From: Polyangiales bacterium
GTDB taxonomy: Bacteria; Myxococcota_A; Polyangia; Polyangiales; Polyangiaceae
DNA: 64,000 nucleotides
Assembly (NCBI GenBank): GCA_038230375.1
Contig: JBBRNJ010000007.1
Coordinates: 32,001-96,000 of the forward strand
Reading direction: 5' to 3'
Shown: piece by piece, positions 1-10,043 of the stretch
Layout: every line of letters begins with the position of its first letter
Numbering within the stretch: the stretch's first letter is position 1
Made by a program: the position numbers and the translations under genes
The notes under the pieces: generated by a model
What the model was told of the DNA's origin: nothing
The model's database searches: none
Seen by the model: only the letters and a program-made list of their open reading frames with translations

Positions 1-1724
1 ATACGGCCCGCGAGCGCGTACGCCACGACGAGCGGCGGCGATGCGAGGTAGTTCGCGCGCACCTCGGGATGCACGCGACCTTCGAAATTGCGGTTGCCGG
101 AGAGCACGGCAGCCACGACAAGGTCGCCCTCGGCGATCGATTTCGACGTCGCGGCGGGCAGGGGACCGCTGTTGCCGATGCACGTCGTGCAGCCGTAGCC
201 GACGACGAAGAAGTTCGCCTTCTCGAGCGCCGCGAGCAGCCCTGCGTGCGTGAGGTACTCCGTCACCACCTGCGAGCCGGGCGCCAGGCTGGTCTTCACC
301 CACGGCTTCGCGGTGAGGCCAAGGTCGGTCGCCTTCTTCGCGACCAGGCCCGCGGCGATCATCACGCTCGGGTTGGACGTGTTCGTGCAGCTCGTGATCG
401 CCGCGATGACGACGCTTCCGTCCGTGACGTTCGGGTCCGCGGTGGCCGCCGCGACAACCGGATCTTGCAGCAGCGACCTCTTCTTGCCGCCTGCAGCCGC
501 TGCCGCAAGCCGCGCCTTGTTCTCCGCCAGTGCTGCGGCGAACGAATGCTGCACGTCCGAGAGCTTCACGCGATCCTGCGGCCGCGCGGGACCTGCGACG
601 CTCGGCTCCACGGAGGAGAGCTCGAGCTCCAGGATATCGCTGTAGTCTGCATCATGTTGGTTGCCGTCGTGGAACAGGCCCTGCGCCTTCGCGTAGGCCG
701 AAACGAGCGCGACCGCCGCATCGTCGCGCCCCGTGAAACGCAGGTACCGCAACGTCTCGGCGTCGATCGGGAAGATGCCGCACGTGGCGCCGTACTCCGG
801 CGCCATGTTCGCGATGGTCAGACGGTCCGAAAGCGCCAGCGCCGGAAGGCCCGGACCAAAGTACTCCACGAACTTCCCCACGACGCCCTTCTTGCGGAGC
901 AGCTGTGTGAGCGTGAGCACCAGGTCCGTGGCGGTCGCGCCTTCGCGCAGCTTGCCGGTGAGCCGCACGCCCACGACCTCGGGGATGAGCATGCTCGCGG
1001 GCTGACCGAGCATCGCGGCCTCTGCCTCGATGCCGCCAACGCCCCAGCCCAGCACGCCAAGGCCGTTCACCATCGTGGTGTGCGAGTCCGTACCGACGAC
1101 AGTGTCGGGGTATGCGAGCGTGCCGCTCTTGTCCGTCATCACCACGCGTGCGAGCAGCTCCACGTTCACCTGGTGGACGATGCCGGTGTCGGGCGGCACC
1201 GCCTTGAAGCTCTCGAATGCGCTCTGTCCCCATTTCAGGAAGCGATAGCGCTCTGCGTTGCGGCTCATCTCCAGCGCGCTGTTCTTCGCGAGCGCGTCCT
1301 TCGAGCCATAGGCATCGACCTGGACCGAGTGATCGATCACCAGCTCCACGGGCTGCAACGGCTCGATCTTGCGCGGATCGCCGCCGAGCGCCTTCATGGC
1401 GTCACGCATGGCTGCCAGGTCGACCACGCACGGGACGCCCGTGAAGTCCTGCAGCAGCACGCGGCCAGGCGAGAACGCGATCTCCCTGTCGGGCGTGGCC
1501 TTCGGGTTCCATCGCGCGAGCGCGAGGATGTCGTCCTTCGTCACGCTCACGCCATCCTCGGCACGCAGGAGATTCTCGAGCAGGATGCGAAGCGAGAAGG
1601 GGAGCCGCGCGATCTCTGGCACCACCTTCGCGACGGCCGAGAGCCCGTAGATTGTGTACGCGCGACCGCCCACGTCGAGCGTCGCGCGGCTTCCGAAGGA
1701 GTCGACCGTCTTCGATGTGCCCAT
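1..1724 (-). CDS. acnA: Aconitate hydratase A; 3' end runs off the window
   Basis: Minus-strand frame from ATG 1724 ([16 protein letters not shown]...) contains [41 protein letters not shown] and [34 protein letters not shown]. Absent from the ORF track because there is no stop in the window. Confidence 0.96.
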   Translation of the reverse strand, partial: MGTSKTVDSFGSRATLDVGGRAYTIYGLSAVAKVVPEIARLPFSLRILLENLLRAEDGVSVTKDDILALARWNPKATPDREIAFSPGRVLLQDFTGVPCVVDLAAMRDAMKALGGDPRKIEPLQPVELVIDHSVQVDAYGSKDALAKNSALEMSRNAERYRFLKWGQSAFESFKAVPPDTGIVHQVNVELLARVVMTDKSGTLAYPDTVVGTDSHTTMVNGLGVLGWGVGGIEAEAAMLGQPASMLIPEVVGVRLTGKLREGATATDLVLTLTQLLRKKGVVGKFVEYFGPGLPALALSDRLTIANMAPEYGATCGIFPIDAETLRYLRFTGRDDAAVALVSAYAKAQGLFHDGNQHDADYSDILELELSSVEPSVAGPARPQDRVKLSDVQHSFAAALAENKARLAAAAAGGKKRSLLQDPVVAAATADPNVTDGSVVIAAITSCTNTSNPSVMIAAGLVAKKATDLGLTAKPWVKTSLAPGSQVVTEYLTHAGLLAALEKANFFVVGYGCTTCIGNSGPLPAATSKSIAEGDLVVAAVLSGNRNFEGRVHPEVRANYLASPPLVVAYALAGR

Positions 1725-1771
1725 GCCGAAGGGTCTAACCCCTCGGGGCCCCGTCGGTCATGGAGAAAGTC

Positions 1772-3112
1772 TCAGCGTGGAGCCTTCTGGAGCTGCCCGT
1801 ACGTTCCGAAGTTGAAGACGAGCCCTTCGTTCGTCCAGTAGATGCTCTTCGCATCCATCGTGATGCGGTTCGGTGCGGAGAGGCCCTTTGCGATCACTCG
1901 CGCGCCGCCAGTGCACGCGCCGCTCTTCACGGTGCATCCGTTGACGGTGCCGTCCATGGGGACGCCGCCGTCGGGGAACTTGCCTGACGTGGTGCCCGCC
2001 TCGGTCCAGTAGACAACGCCGCTGCCCGCCGTGACGCCGCGCGGATCCCGTAGCCCACCCACGTACGTGCTCGGAACGCACGCCAGGTCCTTCGCCGGGC
2101 AGCTCTGGAGCTTGTCGGGATACTTGTCCGGAAGGTAGTGCGCGGTCGTGAAGAAGAGTGTGTCGGTCGAGGCGTCGTATGCGAGCGCGGAGACCCAGCC
2201 GCCATTGCCCTTGTCGCCGTCGAAGATGATGGTGTTGGCGGCGCAGTTCTGCGGTGATGCGCAGTAGTGGATGCCGGTGTCCGTGGACCACACGAACGCG
2301 CCGTTCGGCAGGAAGAGCGAGTCGTACGCCTGGGCGGCGCTCTCGATCGACGTGCCGGCGTCGCAGTTGCCCAGCTTGCACGAGTAGAAGCCCTTGCCCG
2401 GATCGCTGTCGGTGCCGAAGAAGAGCGTGCCTGCATCCGCGAAGACGTTGAACTCGTCCACGTTGGTGAGGCCCAGCGGCGTGAGGCGCGTGATCCCTGC
2501 GTCCACGCTGGGCGTGACCTGGTAGACGCCCGTGGGGAACGTGGAGTTGTCGTAGTAGTTGGAGAAGAAGACGTTGCTGCCGACCAGGTGCACGCGTTCG
2601 AGCTCGAGCTCGTTGGAGCTCACGACGAACGTGAGGCCAGCGCCAAGGCATCCGTTCTTTACGCAGCGACCCAGCGTGCCGTCGCCTGCCGCGGCGTAGA
2701 CGTCGGTGCCGGACACGTCGAGCCCGCCGATGCCCGCCTGCGCCTTGTCGCTGAGCGTGCAGATGCCGGCCGCGCACGCTCCGCCGGTGCAGTCGTGGGC
2801 GCACGCGCCGCAGTTGGCGAGGCTCGTGAGGACGTCGATGCCAGGACACGTGACCATGCCCCCATCCTGTCCGCCGGCTCCGTCCTGCGCGCCGTTGCCG
2901 CCGTCCTTCTGACCCAGCACGTTTCCGTCGCCGTTGCCCGCGGAGCCGTCGCCGCCGCCCGCATTCGGATCGTAGGTGAGGTCGTCGCGGGTGCCGATGA
3001 TCGCGTTGCATGCGAGCGCGCCAACAGCCAACGAGAGCGTGGTGCAGATCGCGAGCGCGGCGCGGGCGCGAGAGCCGCGAAGGTGCAGGTGGAACCGAGG
3101 CGTCCGCGCCAT
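1772..3112 (-). CDS. Lipoprotein with Cys-rich module and probable beta-propeller (cassette 1)
   Basis: Lipobox GALAC-NAIIG, Asp/Gly linker, NCGACAHDC module, propeller-like repeats (VYWTE, IYWTN). Confidence 0.75.
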   Translation of the reverse strand: MARTPRFHLHLRGSRARAALAICTTLSLAVGALACNAIIGTRDDLTYDPNAGGGDGSAGNGDGNVLGQKDGGNGAQDGAGGQDGGMVTCPGIDVLTSLANCGACAHDCTGGACAAGICTLSDKAQAGIGGLDVSGTDVYAAAGDGTLGRCVKNGCLGAGLTFVVSSNELELERVHLVGSNVFFSNYYDNSTFPTGVYQVTPSVDAGITRLTPLGLTNVDEFNVFADAGTLFFGTDSDPGKGFYSCKLGNCDAGTSIESAAQAYDSLFLPNGAFVWSTDTGIHYCASPQNCAANTIIFDGDKGNGGWVSALAYDASTDTLFFTTAHYLPDKYPDKLQSCPAKDLACVPSTYVGGLRDPRGVTAGSGVVYWTEAGTTSGKFPDGGVPMDGTVNGCTVKSGACTGGARVIAKGLSAPNRITMDAKSIYWTNEGLVFNFGTYGQLQKAPR

Positions 3113-4149
3113 CAGAACGAGCCGCCCATCGAAAGGCCCGAGTACGTGGGGCCGAACGTAGGTGACACCTTCACGTCGGAGAACGCAGCCTTCTTCTCCT
3201 GGGACGATGGAGCCGTGAGCACCAGCACCACGCCGCCCGCGAGCAGCACACCGCCCGCGATGAAGCCGATGGTGGACACGGTGCCGAGCGACTTCGCCTT
3301 GTCGTTGTCGTCAACGCCGGTCTTGTCCGCGCAGGGCGAACTCGGGCAGAGCTTCTTGGCGTCGTTGTTGGCGCCCATGGCCATGAGGCCGGTCACTCCG
3401 CCGACGCCAAGGCCGACGATGCCGACCGCGCCGAGCGTGTAGCCGATGATCCGTCGCCCGGAGCCAGGATCCTCCGTCTTCGCGGGAGCGCCGGAGGTCG
3501 CGGTGCCCGATGCGGTGGTCGTGGGAGGGGTCTTCGTGTCCACGGGTGCGACGGCGACGGGCGCGTCCTCGAGCTTCGGGATCTTCACCTCGAGCTTCTG
3601 GCCGTCTCCGCTGACGTTCACCGTGGTCTTGAACGCGAGCTTCTTGGGCGCCTCGGCCGTGAAGGTGTGCTGGCCTGCGTCGAGCGGGATGGGCACGCTG
3701 TAGGAAGCGGTCGCGACCTCCAGGTCGTCGCGCTTCACGGTCTCGCCGGCGGCGGGGTCAGCGACGATGATCGACACGCGCGAGAGCTTGGGCTCCAGAG
3801 CCGCTGCCTTGCCGCGCGCAGCCTTCTCCCACTCCGCGCGGTTCTGCGCGTGCGCCGCCGAAGCAGCGTCCAGGTACGTGGCCCACGCGCTGGCGTTCTT
3901 GTTCGTCTTCTCGTAGCAGTTGGCAAGGTGCAGCAGCGTGCCGGCGGCGGGATCCAGCTGCTGGCTCGCCGCGAACTTCGGACAAGCCGAAGCGAAGTCG
4001 CCCTTGGTCTCGAGCTTCTTGCCCTCGTCGTAGAGCGCCTCGGCGGCCGCTGCACCTGAAGCATCCGCCCGAGCGTGCGAGCCCTGCCCAACAATCGCCA
4101 GCAACACAGCGGACGCCACCAAGGAGAAACGCTTCATCCGCAGCCTCAT
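3112..4149 (-). CDS. TPR + PEGA-like envelope protein (cassette 1)
   Basis: Signal peptide ending HARA-D; TPR-like AAAEALYDEG...TLLHLANCYEK; PIPLDAGQHTFTA; two Gly-rich hydrophobic helices; C-terminus GLSMGGSF. Confidence 0.85.
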   Translation of the reverse strand: MRLRMKRFSLVASAVLLAIVGQGSHARADASGAAAAEALYDEGKKLETKGDFASACPKFAASQQLDPAAGTLLHLANCYEKTNKNASAWATYLDAASAAHAQNRAEWEKAARGKAAALEPKLSRVSIIVADPAAGETVKRDDLEVATASYSVPIPLDAGQHTFTAEAPKKLAFKTTVNVSGDGQKLEVKIPKLEDAPVAVAPVDTKTPPTTTASGTATSGAPAKTEDPGSGRRIIGYTLGAVGIVGLGVGGVTGLMAMGANNDAKKLCPSSPCADKTGVDDNDKAKSLGTVSTIGFIAGGVLLAGGVVLVLTAPSSQEKKAAFSDVKVSPTFGPTYSGLSMGGSF

Positions 4150-4182
4150 GCGCAGAGCGTAGACGATCGATCGCCCCGAGCG

Positions 4183-5928
4183 CTACTTGCGAGCATCGGG
4201 GAGCGCGTCGCCTCCGCCCGTGCCCGTACCTGTCCCCGCCACCTTGCTAGGTTTGCCACCACCAACACCACCAACCGGTCGCTTCCCACCATTCCCATTG
4301 GCGATCGGCGTGGTCGAACCGACCGAGGCGCTCCCAGGAGGTCCGTTCGCGGTCCCGCTACCAGGCCCATTCGCGGTGCCATTCGTCGTGCCATTCGTGG
4401 TGACAGCAGGCTGCGTGAGCGAAGAACGATCGTCCGGCATGGGATTCACGGCAGGAATGGAGCCCGGCTGCATCGGCGGCACGCCACTCCCCGTCATTGG
4501 CGGAAGGTTCGTGCGATCGCGCGGCAGGAGCTCCGGCTGCGACGCGGCAGCCGTCTTGTGGCGCACGTAGAGCACCGCGCCGGCCGCGCTGCCTCCACCA
4601 ACGAAGAGGACGGCCATGCCCGCGATTGCGATCCACACGAACGGCGAGGTTCGCTTTGGCGCGGGCGGAGGGATGCTCGCCTCGGTCTTGCCCCACGACA
4701 CGCTGGTTCCGCCATGAACCTGCACGCGCGCGGACGAAGCCGCGGAGGGCATTGCGCCGGGGCTCAATGGGCCGGGCCCGACTCCACCGAAGCCCAGCGG
4801 CGTGTTGCCGCGACCAGGTTGCGAGGGATTCGAAGACGGATAGGACGGCAACGGGATGGGCACGCCGCCCTGCACGCGGCGGATCCGCTCCGCGGTCGTG
4901 GAGAGCTCTTCGTCCTGGTAGGGCTCGAGCGCGAGGACCAGCTCGGACACGCTCTGGAAGCGCCGCGCCGGATCCTTCTCCAGGCAGCGAGCAACGACGT
5001 CACAGAGAATGGTCGGCAGATCCGGGCGGCGCGTCTCTGCGCGGGGCACGGGCTCTGTCGCGACCTTCATGCAGAGCTCCATCACGTTCGTGGAGATGAA
5101 CGGGAGCGAGTGGGTGAGCAGCTCGAACAGGATGACGCCGAGCGACCAGATGTCGCCGCGCTGGTCCACGTCGCGCGATGCGCGCAGCTGCTCGGGCGAC
5201 ATGTAGCTGGGCGAGCCGATGATGGCCGTGGTGCTGGTGAGCTTCGTGTCCTGGATACTCTCTGCCTGGACCTTGGAGATGCCGAAATCCAGGACCTTGA
5301 TGAGCGCCCTGCCATCCACGCGCTGCGTGAGGAACAGGTTCGCCGGCTTCAGATCGCGGTGGACAATGCCAAGGCGGTGCGCCTCTGCGATCGCCTCGCA
5401 GGCCTGGAGCACGTAGTCCACCGCGATGCCCGGCGGAAGTGAGTCGCCCTCTTCGAGCAGCGTCGAGAGGTCCTTGCCCTCGAGGTACTCCATCACCATG
5501 AAGGGCGCGCCGTTCTCCATGTTGCCGACGTCAATCACGCGGGCAACGTGCTCGCTCTTGAGCTGCACGCAGGCCTTCGCCTCGCGCTGGAAGCGGGCGA
5601 TGATGTCTGGGCTCTCCAGCGCGTCCTGGTTCAGGAACTTGATGGCGACGCGCTGGCCGAGTGAGAGGTGCGTGGCGACCGCGACGATGCCCATGCCGCC
5701 CGCGCCGATCTGGCGCTCGATCATGTACTTCCCGGCGACCACCTGCCCGGTGTTGAATCGCAAGGTATCTTCAGCCACGGGTGCGCTCCACGTCTTCACG
5801 CTATCAGACGGTCCGGGCCCGCGGAAGTTGCAGGATTGTGGAGACGAGGGCGACGAAAGCGAGCTACCGCTCACATGGGTCTCCGCGAAGGCGCTAGCGG
5901 AGGGCGCTGGGGAGCCTGGAGATCGCAT
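4183..5928 (-). CDS. Hanks-type Ser/Thr protein kinase, single TM helix (cassette 1); start uncertain
   Basis: GAGGMG, VAIK, HRDLKPAN, DFG, YMSPE; TM FVWIAIAGMAVLFVGG; Pro/Gly-rich tail. Confidence 0.95.
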   Translation of the reverse strand: MRSPGSPAPSASAFAETHVSGSSLSSPSSPQSCNFRGPGPSDSVKTWSAPVAEDTLRFNTGQVVAGKYMIERQIGAGGMGIVAVATHLSLGQRVAIKFLNQDALESPDIIARFQREAKACVQLKSEHVARVIDVGNMENGAPFMVMEYLEGKDLSTLLEEGDSLPPGIAVDYVLQACEAIAEAHRLGIVHRDLKPANLFLTQRVDGRALIKVLDFGISKVQAESIQDTKLTSTTAIIGSPSYMSPEQLRASRDVDQRGDIWSLGVILFELLTHSLPFISTNVMELCMKVATEPVPRAETRRPDLPTILCDVVARCLEKDPARRFQSVSELVLALEPYQDEELSTTAERIRRVQGGVPIPLPSYPSSNPSQPGRGNTPLGFGGVGPGPLSPGAMPSAASSARVQVHGGTSVSWGKTEASIPPPAPKRTSPFVWIAIAGMAVLFVGGGSAAGAVLYVRHKTAAASQPELLPRDRTNLPPMTGSGVPPMQPGSIPAVNPMPDDRSSLTQPAVTTNGTTNGTANGPGSGTANGPPGSASVGSTTPIANGNGGKRPVGGVGGGKPSKVAGTGTGTGGGDALPDARK

Positions 5929-6343
5929 TCTCCAGTGCAACGCTCATCGTGGCCCGTTCATCCGCCAGAGTGACCGATTTCTGTTCGCGTGTGGCACGGC
6001 TCTCCACAACCGCGTACACGGCGCCCGTGCGCTTGTCGCGCAGCGCGGCAGAGACCAAGCACGTGAGGGACGACCCCTCGCGCGAGGGGCGCGCCTCCAT
6101 CGAGACCACCGCCACACTGACGAGCGAGTCACGTCGGCCCGAGGGCCACGTGGTGCGGCCGATCGCGTCGAGGGCGATCTCGCGAACCTCGGGCGCCACC
6201 AGCGCGCTGTCCTTGGCGTTCACGGTGACCTCGGCGAGGGCGACCGGTCGTTCGGCCGTGTCCGCGCGCGCGAGCAGCGGCATCGCCAGGACGGCGACCG
6301 CAGGGACGAAGCACGCCAGGAACCGCTCGTGTGACCTCGTCAT
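5894..6343 (-). CDS. Hypothetical secreted protein
   Basis: ATG 6343, signal-like segment ending LARA-D; no family recognised. Confidence 0.6.
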   Translation of the reverse strand: MTRSHERFLACFVPAVAVLAMPLLARADTAERPVALAEVTVNAKDSALVAPEVREIALDAIGRTTWPSGRRDSLVSVAVVSMEARPSREGSSLTCLVSAALRDKRTGAVYAVVESRATREQKSVTLADERATMSVALENAISRLPSALR

Positions 6344-6444
6344 GAATGAAGCCGAACAGAGTCCGCGGTCGAGGGCCAAATTCGCCGTGTTTGACGCAGC
6401 CAAATAGCGAGGACAGCGACGGTTCGTCGCGGTACGTTATGCGC

Positions 6445-7416
6445 ATGGCAAGCCTACTCGAGCAGCTCAAGACGATGACGGTCGTGGTCGCGGACACCGG
6501 CGACATGAACTCGATGAAGCAGTTCAAGCCGCGCGACGCGACGACGAACCCGTCGCTCATCGCCGCCGCCGCGCTCATGCCGGACTACAAGCAGCTCGTG
6601 GACGACGCGCTCGTCTACGCCAAGAAGGAAGCGAAGGGCGACAACGCCGCGGCCGTGAAGGTCGCGATCGATCGCCTGTCCGTGGAGTTCGGTCTGAAGA
6701 TCCTCCAGATTGTCCCCGGCCGCGTCTCCACGGAAGTGGATGCGCGCCTCTCGTTCGATACGCAGGCGAGCATCGCGAAGGGCCGCGCGCTCATCGCGCA
6801 GTATGCGGCGGCGAACATCGGCAAGGAGCGCGTGCTCATCAAGCTCGCGACCACGTGGGAGGGCATCCGCGCCGCGGAGGTCCTGGAGAAGGAAGGCATC
6901 CACTGCAACATGACGCTGCTCTTCGGCATGCATCAGGCGGTGGCTGCGGCAGAGGCGGGCGCCACGCTCATCTCGCCGTTCGTGGGCCGCATCCTGGACT
7001 GGTACAAGAAGGACACTGGCAAGGCGAGCTATCCCCAGACGGAAGATCCGGGCGTGCTCTCCGTCAGCAAGATCTACAACTACTACAAGACGCACGGCCA
7101 CAAGACCGAGGTCATGGGCGCGAGCTTCCGCAACATCGGAGAGATCATCGAGCTCGCGGGCTGCGATCTCCTCACCATCTCTCCGCAGCTCCTCGGTGAG
7201 CTCGAGAAGACGGAAGCCACGCTCGTGAAGAAGCTGGACGCCACGAAGGCCAACGCGAGCGACTCACCGAAGATCATCGTCGACGAGAAGGCCTTCCGCG
7301 AGATGCACGAGCAGGACCGCATGGCCAAGGACAAGCTCGCCGAGGGCATCGACGGCTTCACGAAGGCCATCGTGAGCCTCGAGAAGCAACTCACGGAGCG
7401 CCTCGCGCAGCTCTGA
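6445..7416 (+). CDS. tal: Transaldolase
   Basis: [67 protein letters not shown]. Confidence 0.97.
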   Translation: MASLLEQLKTMTVVVADTGDMNSMKQFKPRDATTNPSLIAAAALMPDYKQLVDDALVYAKKEAKGDNAAAVKVAIDRLSVEFGLKILQIVPGRVSTEVDARLSFDTQASIAKGRALIAQYAAANIGKERVLIKLATTWEGIRAAEVLEKEGIHCNMTLLFGMHQAVAAAEAGATLISPFVGRILDWYKKDTGKASYPQTEDPGVLSVSKIYNYYKTHGHKTEVMGASFRNIGEIIELAGCDLLTISPQLLGELEKTEATLVKKLDATKANASDSPKIIVDEKAFREMHEQDRMAKDKLAEGIDGFTKAIVSLEKQLTERLAQL

Positions 7417-7478
7417 GCCAAGGACGCCCAGCTGCCTCTCTAGCAAGCGCGCTTTCTTTGCGCGTAGAATGATCGCCG

Positions 7479-8330
7479 ATGTCCTCGCGTATTCAGCTCG
7501 TCTCGCGGCGTCAGCTCATTCGCATGGTCGGCGGTGCGGCGACGCTCCTCGCGTCGAGCCCCGGTTGCAAGGGCTCGGGCTCTGCGTCTGGTCTCTTCAG
7601 CGACGAGCAGCGGACCGCGCTGCGCACGTTCGCGGACGTGATCATCCCTCCCGACGACGAGCCCGGCGGCGCGGACCTTGGCGCGGTCTCCTATATCGAG
7701 CGCCTGCTCACAGCGTTCGACAACAACGACGCCCCCGCGATCTTCGCGGGCGGTCCATTCTCGGGTCGTCAGCCGCTTCCGGACGCAAGCGGCCATGCGT
7801 CCACGAATTTCCCGACGAACGATTTCGCGGACCTCATCGAGCTCGATCGCGTGAGCGAGGCGTCGTGGCGCCTGCGCATTCTCGGCTCCGCAGGCCTATC
7901 GAACGGCAGCCCAAACCAGAAGCTCACTGGCGCGATCGCCTCGCTCCGCGATCAGCTGGTCGCGGGACTCGATGCCGCGATCTCCTCGGCGGATCCCCCG
8001 CTTGCGCAGCAGTCGCCTGACGATCGTGAGGCCACCTTCAACGCGCAGCCACCTGCGTGGAAGAACCTCATCATCGAGCTCGTCACCGAGGCCGCGTTCG
8101 CCGCGCCGGAGTACGGCGGCAACATCGGGCTCGCCGGCTGGAAGATGTGCCACTTCGAGGGCGACAGTCAGCCGCTCGGCTACAGCCAGTGGGATGGCGT
8201 AAAGCACGTCGAGCGGCCGGACTCGCCGCTCAGCACACCGAACCCAGGGCCCGACGTGGCGGCGATCAGCCCCGACGTCGATCAGCTCCTCAAGCTCGTC
8301 ATCGCCTTCATCGGCGGGAGGACGGCATGA
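7479..8330 (+). CDS. Gluconate 2-dehydrogenase subunit 3 family protein (Tat-exported small subunit)
   Basis: SRRQLI twin-arginine signal, ADVIIPPDDEPGGADLGAVSYI, PEYGGNIGLAGW; ATGA-coupled to the GMC gene. Confidence 0.85.
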   Translation: MSSRIQLVSRRQLIRMVGGAATLLASSPGCKGSGSASGLFSDEQRTALRTFADVIIPPDDEPGGADLGAVSYIERLLTAFDNNDAPAIFAGGPFSGRQPLPDASGHASTNFPTNDFADLIELDRVSEASWRLRILGSAGLSNGSPNQKLTGAIASLRDQLVAGLDAAISSADPPLAQQSPDDREATFNAQPPAWKNLIIELVTEAAFAAPEYGGNIGLAGWKMCHFEGDSQPLGYSQWDGVKHVERPDSPLSTPNPGPDVAAISPDVDQLLKLVIAFIGGRTA

Positions 8331-10039
8331 GGAAGACGCTCTACGGCAACACGCAGCTCGACAAGTTCGACGTCATCGTCATTGGCTCTGGCGCTGGTGG
8401 CGGCCCCGTTGCGCACGTGCTCGCCGCTGCGGGCCAGAAGGTGCTCGTGCTCGAGGCCGGCCCGTGTCACCTCGACAACATCGACGACCCCGCGCACGAC
8501 ATCGTGGCGCGCTTCTCGAACGACGAGCTCAAGATCGAGCGCCGCAACTTCATGCTGCAGAACGAGAACGTGGAGCCCCGCACCTGGCGCACCGCCGCTG
8601 CGGACGGCCCACGCATCGAGACGCTCACCGGCAACGTCCAGTTCCTGCCCAAGACCGTGGGCGGCGGCTCCGTCCACGCCGACCTCAAGATGCCGCGCTT
8701 CGAGTCGCAGGACTTCCAGTTCGGCACGCTCCTCAAGAACGTGCAGAATGCAAGCTTCGCCGACTGGCCCGTCCAGTACGACGAGCTCGAGCCGTTCTAC
8801 GCGTGGGGAGAGCGCCTGCTCGGCGTACAGGGAAAGATCGGGACAAACCCGTTCGAGTCGAAGCGCAGCGGTGACTATCCCATGCCGCCCGGCCCGCCCA
8901 TGTACGGCAGCCTTGTCGTGAACAAGGGGCTCTCCGCGCTCGGCTACACGATGTTCCCGTATCCCACGGCGGTGAACTCGATCCCGTACGACGGCCGCTC
9001 CGCGTGCAACAATTGCGGGTTCTGTTCGGGCTATGGATGTCCCATCAACGCGAAGGGCTCGTCCGCCGTGACCGTGCTCCGCAAGGCGCTCCTCACGGGC
9101 AACTGCCAGCTCCGCGCAGAGACGCGCGTCGTTCGGCTCGTCGCGAACGGTCAGGGAAACCAGATCACCGGCGTCGAGACGATCGATCCGCTGGGCGCGC
9201 GCGTCACGTTCACCGCTGATCGCTTCGTGCTCGCCGCCAGTCCGATCGAGGACGTGCGCCTCCTGCTCCTCTCAGGCGGTCTCGGCAACTCCAGCGGCAT
9301 GGTCGGACGCAACCTGATGTTCCACTACCAGACCATCGCGTTCGGCATCTACGGCGAGCGCGTACACGGATACCGCGGCCGCGCGGTCGCGCAGGGCTTC
9401 GCCGATTTTCGCGGCAAGCCGAACGACCCCGCGCATCCGCTCGCAGGCATCACGGAGATCTCCGGTGGCGGGCTCCCGGTCGGCGAGGCCTCCTACTACG
9501 CGCGCGTGCTCGCGCAGGCGAAGGCCGGAAAATGGAACGGCAAGCTCTTCAAGGCGCTCATGCGCGAGAGCCCGGCGCGCGATCGCATCATGCTCCTCGT
9601 CATCCAGGCAGAGGACGCGCCGCAGGTCTCCAACATCGTCGATCTTGATCCCGACTACGTCGATCTCGACGGGCTCCCCGTGCCGCGCTGCACGTACAAG
9701 AGTCACCCGTTCGAGGTCGCGAACGGCCAGTTCTACGAGCCCAAGCTCCTGGACATCATGATGAAGAGCGGCGCGCGCTACGCCGCGATCACGCCCCGCG
9801 ATGATGTCCCGTCCTCCCAGCACATCATGGGCACGCTTCGCTTTGGCAACGATCCCAAGACCAGCGTCTGCGACAAGAACGGGAAGTTCCACGACATCGG
9901 AAACCTGTTCGCGAGCGACGGCGCGCTGTTCCCCACTTCCTCCGGCTACAACCCAACCATGACGATCGCGTCGCTCGCACTGCGCGTGGGCGCAGCCATG
10001 GTGAACCCCGCTTCTCCCGCGAGCGTCATCAAGACTTGA
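8327..10039 (+). CDS. GMC-family FAD oxidoreductase, large subunit
   Basis: DVIVIGSGAGG Rossmann motif, Cys cluster CNNCGFCSGYGC, QHIMGT and NPTMTI C-terminal motifs. Confidence 0.92.
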   Translation: MRKTLYGNTQLDKFDVIVIGSGAGGGPVAHVLAAAGQKVLVLEAGPCHLDNIDDPAHDIVARFSNDELKIERRNFMLQNENVEPRTWRTAAADGPRIETLTGNVQFLPKTVGGGSVHADLKMPRFESQDFQFGTLLKNVQNASFADWPVQYDELEPFYAWGERLLGVQGKIGTNPFESKRSGDYPMPPGPPMYGSLVVNKGLSALGYTMFPYPTAVNSIPYDGRSACNNCGFCSGYGCPINAKGSSAVTVLRKALLTGNCQLRAETRVVRLVANGQGNQITGVETIDPLGARVTFTADRFVLAASPIEDVRLLLLSGGLGNSSGMVGRNLMFHYQTIAFGIYGERVHGYRGRAVAQGFADFRGKPNDPAHPLAGITEISGGGLPVGEASYYARVLAQAKAGKWNGKLFKALMRESPARDRIMLLVIQAEDAPQVSNIVDLDPDYVDLDGLPVPRCTYKSHPFEVANGQFYEPKLLDIMMKSGARYAAITPRDDVPSSQHIMGTLRFGNDPKTSVCDKNGKFHDIGNLFASDGALFPTSSGYNPTMTIASLALRVGAAMVNPASPASVIKT

Positions 10040-10043
10040 AGCC

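Noticed and set aside
69..1841. 590-aa plus-strand ORF and many similar long Arg-rich ORFs in the track (e.g. 4075-5442, 22504-24201, 60630-62297)
   Set aside because: Antisense or off-frame shadows of recognisable genes, expected in high-GC DNA.
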